Origin: an uncultured Pseudohongiella sp.
GTDB taxonomy: Bacteria; Pseudomonadota; Gammaproteobacteria; Pseudomonadales; Pseudohongiellaceae
DNA length: 64,000 nt
NCBI GenBank assembly: GCA_965262465.1
Contig: OZ253535.1
Span: 3,573,704 to 3,637,703, forward strand
Direction: 5' to 3'
A program made the position numbers and the translations under genes. The notes under the pieces are model-generated. The model worked only from the letters and a program-made list of their open reading frames with translations. It was not told the origin of the DNA and did no database searches. This document shows positions 49,250 through 56,486 of the stretch, one piece after another (positions within the stretch are counted from its first letter, which is position 1; the number at the start of each line of letters is the position of its first letter).

Positions 49250-50468
49250 CGAACACAGAGCAGCCAGACGTAAATTTAATCCAATAAGCCTGTCTTTTTT
49301 GGACGTTATGTTCTGTGGTTTTGGCGCGGTGATTCTGATTTTCCTTATCCTCGATCACAACAGCACAGTCTCTGATGTGGAATACAACCCGGACTTGCTT
49401 GCTGAGATCAATCTACTGGAAGAGGAAGTGGAGGAAGGGCAACTCGGATTAGTACGTATAAGAAATACCCTATCGGACGTCGACTTCGATGTGGTTGAAG
49501 CGCAAGGCCTGGCACGCCAGATTCAGGAACAGATCGATACTTTTCTGCAGGAGTTGGCGGCGCTCGAAAATTCCAGCGTGGCAACGGTGGAAGATGTGGA
49601 ACAACTGCGAGCAGACGTGCAACAGCTCGAAGAAGAACTGCTTCGCTTGCAGGCCAGTGCTCTGGAACAGGAAGGATCTAGCGTGCGGCAGTTTATTGGG
49701 GATGGCCAGCGACAGTATTTATCCGGGCTCTATCTCGGTGGTCAGCGCATTCTTATCGTAGTGGATGCATCCGCCAGTATGCTGGATGACACCATCGTCA
49801 ACATCATTCGTACCAGCCTCAGGGCTGATGTATATAAGAAAGAAGCGCCAAAATGGCAACGTGTTGTCAAAATTGTCGATTGGATTACCACCCAGCTGCC
49901 TATTATCAGTCGTTATCAGATTTATGCCTTCAATCAAGAGGTGCGGGCCGCCATTCCAGGTACGGAGCAATCTTGGCTAGAAGTAGCGGATCGGGACCAG
50001 CTAAATGAAGCAGTTGAACAGGTGATGGATTTGGCGCCGGAAGGTGGCACGAACTATGAGCGGCTGTTTCGTGAGGTCGCCAACATGTCGCCCCCGCCGG
50101 ACAATATCTTTCTAATTACCGATGGGCTGCCAACGATCGATGATCGCGGGGCCAGGGATCCGCTTATCTCACCAAGAGACAGGTTGGAATTATATGAAGA
50201 CGCAGTCGGGGAGTTATTACAGGGTATTCCGGTCAATATTATATTGATGCCATTGGAAGGTGATCCCAGTGCCGCAGCGGCATTTTGGGAGTTGGCCCAA
50301 TATTCCAGAGGCTCGCTGATTTCCCCGTCCAAAGATTGGCCCGGCGGTGCGTCGGCGGTGGAAGAAGACGAACTGGATGAACCGCGGGATGATAATTCTG
50401 TCGCCCGGGTAGAAAGTACAGAAGAGATTTCGGAAGATTTAGGAGTGTCCTTTCCAACGAATATTTAA
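49242..50468 (+). CDS. bitopic protein: ExbD/TolR-like Asp-containing TM helix, periplasmic coiled coil, vWA domain (paralog 1)
   Basis: N-terminus RAARRKFNPISLSFLDVMFCGFGAVILIFLIL (compare ExbD TPFIDVMLVLLIIF). Heptad-rich residues about 45-145. vWA MIDAS elements VVDASASM, GGTNY, ITDGLP. 8-nt overlap with the upstream gene. Confidence 0.7.
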   Translation: MSSEHRAARRKFNPISLSFLDVMFCGFGAVILIFLILDHNSTVSDVEYNPDLLAEINLLEEEVEEGQLGLVRIRNTLSDVDFDVVEAQGLARQIQEQIDTFLQELAALENSSVATVEDVEQLRADVQQLEEELLRLQASALEQEGSSVRQFIGDGQRQYLSGLYLGGQRILIVVDASASMLDDTIVNIIRTSLRADVYKKEAPKWQRVVKIVDWITTQLPIISRYQIYAFNQEVRAAIPGTEQSWLEVADRDQLNEAVEQVMDLAPEGGTNYERLFREVANMSPPPDNIFLITDGLPTIDDRGARDPLISPRDRLELYEDAVGELLQGIPVNIILMPLEGDPSAAAAFWELAQYSRGSLISPSKDWPGGASAVEEDELDEPRDDNSVARVESTEEISEDLGVSFPTNI

Positions 50469-50484
50469 GTTGGGTAACTAAGAC

Positions 50485-51495
50485 ATGAGCAAGAAAAACC
50501 GCAGAGAAACAGATTCGTTTACCGTGTCTTTCCTGGACGTGGCGTCCTGTGGTTTCGGTGCCATGATCATTCTCTTGATGATCACTAAAAACTCCGACCC
50601 TGTGACCTTGGAGATCTCCGACCTGACCCCAGAGGCCACGGTTACTGAGCTGCAGGAGCAACTATTTGAGATACGTGGTGAAACCACGATTTTGAATCGG
50701 GAACTCAATGCCAAACATGAGCAACTGTCATCCCTGACAGAGCGAATTGCTCGCCTTCGCCGCGATTTGAATGACGTGCAAGGGCGCTTCAATGCCTCGA
50801 ATCAACTCTCAGATGAAATCACTGACGAAGTGGGCCGACTGGCCATCGCACGGCAAACCCTGACGGAGGAAATGCAGCGCTTGTTAGCCAATGTCGCCGC
50901 GCCGGAAGACAACGCCATTGGCGGGGTCCCGGTGGACAGCGAGTACATCATCTTCGTGATTGATACTTCGGGCAGTATGGCCAATACCCCCGGAAACTGG
51001 GACAAAATGCTCGAGGTCATCGACAATACCTTGAACGTCTATCCTGAAGTGAAGGGCATCCAGGTCATGAATGACATGGGTGACTACATGTTTAACACCT
51101 ACCGCAACGAGTGGATTCCGGATACCCCGGGAAGACGTAATCAGATCATTTCCACCTTGCGCTCTTGGCAGCCATACAGTAATAGTAGCCCTGTAGAAGG
51201 TGTGACACGCGCGATTAATACCTTTTATTCCCCGGATAAGAAAATTAGTATCTATGTACTGGGGGATGATTTTCAGCCAGGCGGGTCTATACAGGACGTG
51301 CTAAACACTATTGACCGCATCAATGTGGAAGATGCCAATGGAGACCGCTTGGTTCGCATTCATGGTATCGGATTCCCAACTATATTTATGGGGCCTCCGC
51401 GCTTTCGACAAAGCGCCTATCGCTACACCAATTTAATGCGTGAAATGACGCAACGAAATGGTGGTACATTTGTAGGATTAAACGCGACTCAATGA
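50485..51495 (+). CDS. bitopic protein: ExbD/TolR-like Asp-containing TM helix, periplasmic coiled coil, vWA domain (paralog 2)
   Basis: N-terminus KKNRRETDSFTVSFLDVASCGFGAMIILLMI. Coiled-coil-like residues about 45-135. vWA FVIDTSGSM ... VLGDD. Same architecture as the preceding gene. Confidence 0.7.
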   Translation: MSKKNRRETDSFTVSFLDVASCGFGAMIILLMITKNSDPVTLEISDLTPEATVTELQEQLFEIRGETTILNRELNAKHEQLSSLTERIARLRRDLNDVQGRFNASNQLSDEITDEVGRLAIARQTLTEEMQRLLANVAAPEDNAIGGVPVDSEYIIFVIDTSGSMANTPGNWDKMLEVIDNTLNVYPEVKGIQVMNDMGDYMFNTYRNEWIPDTPGRRNQIISTLRSWQPYSNSSPVEGVTRAINTFYSPDKKISIYVLGDDFQPGGSIQDVLNTIDRINVEDANGDRLVRIHGIGFPTIFMGPPRFRQSAYRYTNLMREMTQRNGGTFVGLNATQ

Positions 51496-51550
51496 GCCAA
51501 GCTGGTGGTCTCAGCGTATAGATGACTGATCAGCCTTGCGAGTGAAGAAC

Positions 51551-52189
51551 ATGAATAGGAATAGACGCAACACAACAATTCAACGAACCCACACTCTGCA
51601 ACATGTGGTTTTGCTCCTGTGTGTTGGATTGCTGGCGAGCTGTGGTGTAAACAATGTCACCATCCAGGGTGAGTTCCCTACGCCTAACATATCCAAGTTG
51701 CCTTTGAGTGTCGCTGTCTACTATGACGACGCCCTGAAAGACTTCACTTACATGGAGTATTCCGAAACAGGCACCGAAGAGTTCAACATTGCGAGTGGTC
51801 AATCTCATGTGCAGTTGTTTAACGCTGTACTGCCTGCCATGTTCAACCAGGTTGTGGAAGTAACTCAGGTTGAAGAAGCTGGCACTCGACAAGTAGATGC
51901 GGTGTTTATGCCGCTGATTGAAGAGTTTCAACTCGCACTGCCAGCAAAAACCAAACTCGATGTGTATGAAGTTTGGATCAAATACAACATGCGCTTGGTA
52001 ACTCCGGAAGGAGATTACATCGCTGATTGGGTGTTAACGTCATACGGCAAAACACCAACTGACACATTTCGTTCTGCTGAAGCAGGTATTAATGAAGCCG
52101 CTGTGGTTGCCTTAAGAGATTTGGCCTCCAGCTTTTCTTTGACCTTTTCACAAGTTCCTGAGGTACGTGACTGGCTTGCGAGTTTGTAG
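51551..52189 (+). CDS. lipoprotein of unknown function
   Basis: Signal and lipobox LLLCVGLLASCG. ATG 51551 was chosen inside the TTG-initiated track ORF. No family recognised. Confidence 0.55.
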   Translation: MNRNRRNTTIQRTHTLQHVVLLLCVGLLASCGVNNVTIQGEFPTPNISKLPLSVAVYYDDALKDFTYMEYSETGTEEFNIASGQSHVQLFNAVLPAMFNQVVEVTQVEEAGTRQVDAVFMPLIEEFQLALPAKTKLDVYEVWIKYNMRLVTPEGDYIADWVLTSYGKTPTDTFRSAEAGINEAAVVALRDLASSFSLTFSQVPEVRDWLASL

Positions 52190-52214
52190 CAAGTTATTCA
52201 GTAGGGGGTTGGTT

Positions 52215-52886
52215 ATGATGAGTGAGCGATACACAACAACTGTTAAGTTATTTTTCGTTCTGGGACTAGGACTTCTAGCCGCTTGTACCAGCACCACTGT
52301 TGATGAATTTAGACAAGGCGAGACTGGCATCGAAAGTGATGAGACAGTGGTGATTCTTGGAAGACGCCAAGCCAGCGACTATGAAACGGATTCAGGCTTT
52401 GTAGAGTGTGTTGGCGATCGCATGGCCCGCGGTGAAAACGCCATCAACATTGTTCCCGAACAAGAATTTATCGATGCTATGTTCCCGTGGTTTGAACCAC
52501 GTACTGCTCCCTTGCGCACGCGCGATCTTGAACAGCTAATGGCTGAAGATGTAGTGGCAAGAAAAATGGGAGAGTTTGGAATTCGTTACATCGTGTGGGT
52601 GGATGGATTTACTGAAACCACTGATCGCCAAGGATCTATTTCTTGCACAATCGGACCAGGTGGCGGCGGATGCTTCGGCTTCGGCACTTGGGAAGATGAT
52701 GCAAATTTTGATGCACGCGTCTGGGACGTCGGGTCTTTAACCAATGTGGGTACAATTAATACCGATGCTTCAGGCCAGTCCTATCTGCCTGCCCTTGTGG
52801 TGCCTATACCACTCATTGCCAGAGTTGAAGCTAATGCCTGTAATCGCTTGGCCGCTCAGCTCAAACAGTTTGTAAACGGTAGTTAA
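52215..52886 (+). CDS. lipoprotein of unknown function
   Basis: MMSERYTTTVKLFFVLGLGLLAACTS has a lipobox. ATG 52215 is preceded by a GGGGG RBS. No family recognised. Confidence 0.55.
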   Translation: MMSERYTTTVKLFFVLGLGLLAACTSTTVDEFRQGETGIESDETVVILGRRQASDYETDSGFVECVGDRMARGENAINIVPEQEFIDAMFPWFEPRTAPLRTRDLEQLMAEDVVARKMGEFGIRYIVWVDGFTETTDRQGSISCTIGPGGGGCFGFGTWEDDANFDARVWDVGSLTNVGTINTDASGQSYLPALVVPIPLIARVEANACNRLAAQLKQFVNGS

Positions 52887-52920
52887 GGAATTAACTACCA
52901 ACCGATCGACAGGTGGCTTT

Positions 52921-54438
52921 ATGCATGTTCTAAGTCTGCGTAACTTGGGCGGTGCAATCATCGCGCAGTTTTCTCTTAAACAACTCTTCTTGATAGTCGT
53001 GGCATTTAGCTCTGCGTCTTTCTTAACGTCCTGTGCAGTTAATCCTGCCACCGGCAGTCCTAACTTGGTGCTAATGGGCGAAAACCGAGAGAAAGAAATC
53101 GGTTTGGAAGAACATGAAAAGGTGCTGGCAAGCCAACCCATTTTGCAAGACGAAGCACTGTTGGAATATGTCACCGAAGTGGGCAACCGAGTCGCTGCCG
53201 CTAGTCACCGTCCAGATTTGGAATACACGTTCACAATCATTGATAGTCCAGCCATCAATGCTATGGCACTACCAGGTGGATACGTGTATGTGAATCGCGG
53301 GCTGCTTACCTTCATGAATACCGAAGCAGAACTTGCTGCGGTAATAGCTCATGAGATTGGCCATATCACTGCACGACACGCTGTACAACAACAGGCCCGA
53401 GGAGCGCTGGCGAATGCTGCTGTTACTGTAGGTGGTTTTGTAACTGCAGTTGCAACAGGCAGTGGTTATGCCGGATCGCAAATAAGTCAGGTTGCTTCAA
53501 TTTGGGCACAAACCGGTTTGAGTGGTTTTGGCCGTGAAATGGAACTGGAGGCTGATAGTCTTGGTGCAGAGTATCTTCTCAAAGCGGGCTACGATCCTTC
53601 GGCGATGATTGAAGTGGTTACTGTGTTAAAGAACCAGGAAGACTTTAATCGCCTGACCACTGGTAGCGGTGGTGGTTACCATGGTTTGTTTGCAACTCAC
53701 CCTCGCAGTGATACCCGTCTGCAACAAGCCATCGCATCAGTAGGTAGTCTGGAAGAATCAGAAGCAACACTAACCGACGACAGTAAGTTCCGCGAACACA
53801 TAAATGGATTAGTGGTTGGTGAGAGTGCGGCCGCTCAACAACAGGATGAACGTAATCGTTACTACGAAACCACCCTCGGATACACCATGGTGTTTCCAGA
53901 TGAATGGAATGTTGAAAATTCCTTTACCACCGTAACTGGTGAAGAAGAAGGCATTGGCAGCTTACAAGTAGAAGCGAGACGACTGCGCGACAATATCGAG
54001 CCTCGGGTTTTTATTCGAGATAACCTCGGCATTACCAATCTGCAAAAATCAGAAGCACTATCCCAATTCCGATTACTTGGTCACACCGGAACCCATGTTT
54101 CACCGGAGACGGGAAACACCGAAAGAGTTGCAGTGATCTACCTGGGCCCGCGTGCATTTATATTCCGCGGAGATATTGCTGATGCCAGCGCTGTTGATGA
54201 AATCGATGAAGTGATGCTGGATTCCATTCGTAGTTTCCGCGCAATTCAACGGGGAGAAACCCTACTGGGTAGCGAATTGAAGCTGCGTTATGTGCAAGCC
54301 TCGGAATTCTTTGATTTCGCTGTGGTGGCTCAATCCAGCAAGATTGCCAATTATCCCGAGGAGACCTTGCGTTTGCTGAATGGATATTACCCCTCCGGCA
54401 ACCCGGAAGCGGGTGACTGGGTGAAGCTGGTCGAATAG
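52921..54438 (+). CDS. M48 family zinc metalloprotease, lipoprotein
   Basis: Lipobox FLTSCA. NAMALPGGYVYVNRGLL...ELAAVIAHEIGHITARH (HExxH) plus downstream ELEADSLG are typical of M48 (YcaL/LoiP/BepA type). It also carries a roughly 230-aa C-terminal extension of unknown type. Confidence 0.85.
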   Translation: MHVLSLRNLGGAIIAQFSLKQLFLIVVAFSSASFLTSCAVNPATGSPNLVLMGENREKEIGLEEHEKVLASQPILQDEALLEYVTEVGNRVAAASHRPDLEYTFTIIDSPAINAMALPGGYVYVNRGLLTFMNTEAELAAVIAHEIGHITARHAVQQQARGALANAAVTVGGFVTAVATGSGYAGSQISQVASIWAQTGLSGFGREMELEADSLGAEYLLKAGYDPSAMIEVVTVLKNQEDFNRLTTGSGGGYHGLFATHPRSDTRLQQAIASVGSLEESEATLTDDSKFREHINGLVVGESAAAQQQDERNRYYETTLGYTMVFPDEWNVENSFTTVTGEEEGIGSLQVEARRLRDNIEPRVFIRDNLGITNLQKSEALSQFRLLGHTGTHVSPETGNTERVAVIYLGPRAFIFRGDIADASAVDEIDEVMLDSIRSFRAIQRGETLLGSELKLRYVQASEFFDFAVVAQSSKIANYPEETLRLLNGYYPSGNPEAGDWVKLVE

Positions 54439-54443
54439 CCCCA

Positions 54444-54462
54444 GGGCGCCCACCAAGCGCCC
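54444..54462 (+). terminator. GC-rich hairpin after the M48 gene (weak terminator candidate)
   Basis: GGGCGC-ccaccaa-GCGCCC starts 6 nt after the stop. There is no clear U-tract (the following sequence is aattcctc). Confidence 0.3.
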
Positions 54463-54632
54463 AATTCCTCACTAAACCACTGATTTATAAAGCGAACTGC
54501 GCCTCATCTGGGGTGCAGGATGGTTTGTTTTTGCTCGGCACGAGGTTAAACTTGGGCAGTTCCGAGAATCTGTGACCCTAAAAGGGCTGCAACAGAGGAG
54601 CGAATCCACTTGGCCACCTCCAGGATCTAGTC

Positions 54633-56438
54633 ATGGCTGCTGTTGAAGAGCAAAACAAGTCAGGGAATAAGACGATGCCGCGCCCCAATGCGCCATTGGA
54701 TCTCAATGATTTTCTCGATGGATTACTTGAAGAAGGCCGGATCAAACAATCGGATATTGATCTCGCACTCAAGAGCCGTCATGCACCAGAACATCGCGGC
54801 AAGCATCCGGTGCATTTTGTGTCTGACCTTAATTTGGAAGATCAACTAAACGCCGGTCGCAATCTCGATATCGAAACCCTGACTCAATCTTTAAGTAAGC
54901 AATGTGGTCAGGACTACTACCGCATTGATCCATTAAAGATCGATGTGGCACAAGTCACCAAAGTCATGGACTACAAGTTTTCGCAGCGGCATCAGATTCT
55001 TGCCGTTGAAGATCGAGCGAACGAAGTAGTTATCGCCAGCGCAGAACCTTTTCTCGATTCCTGGGAATCGGTGCTTGAACATACCTCCGGCAAAAAAATT
55101 ACTCGCGTTGTTTCTAATCCGCTAGATATAAAACGCCTCGCCTCAGAATTTTATAGTGTTTCGCGTTCAATCCAGGGTGCGACACAAGGTCAAACTCAAC
55201 TCAAAGGCATTGGCAACCTTGAGCAAATGCTTGAGTTGGGAAAACTCAAAGACCCAGAAGCTAATGACCAGCACATCGTAAATGTCGTTGATTGGTTGTT
55301 GCAGTATGCATTCGAACAACGTGCCAGTGATATTCACATTGAACCGCGAAGAGAACAGGGCAACATTCGTTTTCGAATCGACGGTGTGCTTTACACAGTG
55401 TACTCATTACCCATGCAGGCACTCAGTGCGGTAACGAGTCGACTAAAAATTCTTGGCCGCATGAATGTGGCTGAAAAACGTAAACCTCAAGATGGTCGCA
55501 TAAAGACCAAGAGTCCAAATGGCAATGAAGTAGAACTTCGCTTATCAACCTTGCCCACTGCATTCGGTGAAAAGTTGGTTATGCGTATCTTCGATCCAGA
55601 AGTTCTGCTTAAACCGTTCGAAGAGTTAGGACTGATCAACGATGATCTGCAGCGCTGGAACAATATCACCGCAAACAATCACGGCATTGTCATCATTACT
55701 GGACCGACAGGTAGTGGTAAAACAACTACTCTTTACTCCACCTTAAAAACTCTTGCTACTGAAGAAGTAAATGTTTGCACCATTGAAGATCCGATCGAGA
55801 TGGTGGAAGACAGCTTTAATCAGATGCAAGTGCAAGAAAACATCGACCTAGGATTTGCGGATGGTGTGAAAGCCTTGTTACGACAAGACCCAGACATCAT
55901 CATGATTGGTGAGGTTAGAGACTTGCCTACGGCTGAAATGGCGATTCAGGCAGCTCTAACCGGCCACCTTGTTTTCACTACTTTACATACCAATGACGCA
56001 CCCTCAGCCATCACTCGTATGCTTGAGTTAGGTGTGCCACCTTACCTCTTAAAAGCTACTGTTATAGGCATAATGGCCCAGCGCTTGGTTCGAGTTCTTT
56101 GCCCGCATTGCAAACAACCAACAGAAGTCGAGAAAGATGCCTGGGAAACTTTAACGTCGCCGTGGAAAGTTAAGTTGCCGAAAAAAGCAGCCAAGGCTGA
56201 TGGATGTTTGGAGTGTCGTGAAACAGGTTTCCTCGGTCGAGAAGGCATATACGAAGTAATGCCGTTTACCGAATCATTATTCCGCTATGCCGATGACAAA
56301 TCGGATCTACCGGAATTACGTAAACAAGCTTATAAAGAAGGCATGTTAAGCCTACGTTTGAGCGGTGCTCAAAAAGTGGCGGCAGGACTCACGACTGTTA
56401 ACGAAGTTCTGCGGGTCACACCCGATATGCAGAATTAA
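54633..56438 (+). CDS. GspE/PilB-family secretion ATPase (T2SS/T4P assembly ATPase type)
   Basis: 601 aa with a T2SSE_N-like N-domain, Walker A GPTGSGKTTT, Asp and His boxes (IMIGEVRD, GHLVFTTLHTNDA) and a tetracysteine motif CPHC...CLEC. Confidence 0.9.
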   Translation: MAAVEEQNKSGNKTMPRPNAPLDLNDFLDGLLEEGRIKQSDIDLALKSRHAPEHRGKHPVHFVSDLNLEDQLNAGRNLDIETLTQSLSKQCGQDYYRIDPLKIDVAQVTKVMDYKFSQRHQILAVEDRANEVVIASAEPFLDSWESVLEHTSGKKITRVVSNPLDIKRLASEFYSVSRSIQGATQGQTQLKGIGNLEQMLELGKLKDPEANDQHIVNVVDWLLQYAFEQRASDIHIEPRREQGNIRFRIDGVLYTVYSLPMQALSAVTSRLKILGRMNVAEKRKPQDGRIKTKSPNGNEVELRLSTLPTAFGEKLVMRIFDPEVLLKPFEELGLINDDLQRWNNITANNHGIVIITGPTGSGKTTTLYSTLKTLATEEVNVCTIEDPIEMVEDSFNQMQVQENIDLGFADGVKALLRQDPDIIMIGEVRDLPTAEMAIQAALTGHLVFTTLHTNDAPSAITRMLELGVPPYLLKATVIGIMAQRLVRVLCPHCKQPTEVEKDAWETLTSPWKVKLPKKAAKADGCLECRETGFLGREGIYEVMPFTESLFRYADDKSDLPELRKQAYKEGMLSLRLSGAQKVAAGLTTVNEVLRVTPDMQN

Positions 56439-56486
56439 TTCGCTTAGCAATAAGCGATTGGCATTTCACCTTTCTATCTGTAAACC

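Noticed and set aside
47057-51495. Zorya-type anti-phage system (ZorA/ZorB are MotA/MotB-like).
   Set aside because: ZorA proteins are much longer, with a long C-terminal cytoplasmic tail. ZorB carries a peptidoglycan-binding domain. Zorya loci add ZorC/D or ZorE-type nuclease or helicase effectors. None of these is present: the channel protein is only 274 aa and the partners are vWA proteins and lipoproteins.
49242-51495. BatA/BatB-type aerotolerance operon (TM + vWA proteins with TPR partners).
   Set aside because: Bat operons are headed by a MoxR AAA+ ATPase and a DUF58 protein, which are absent here. As I recall, BatA/B lack the ExbD-like Asp-containing TM opening and the roughly 100-aa coiled coil. 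The presence of a MotA/ExbB channel also does not fit.
54633-56438. Calling the GspE-like ATPase MshE, a c-di-GMP receptor, on the basis of its N-terminal motif.
   Set aside because: Only the hydrophobic spacing of one MshEN half-motif is recognisable (FLDGLLEEGRIKQSDIDLAL). The leading RLG and the tandem second motif are not evident by eye, so this is kept only as a hypothesis inside the finding.
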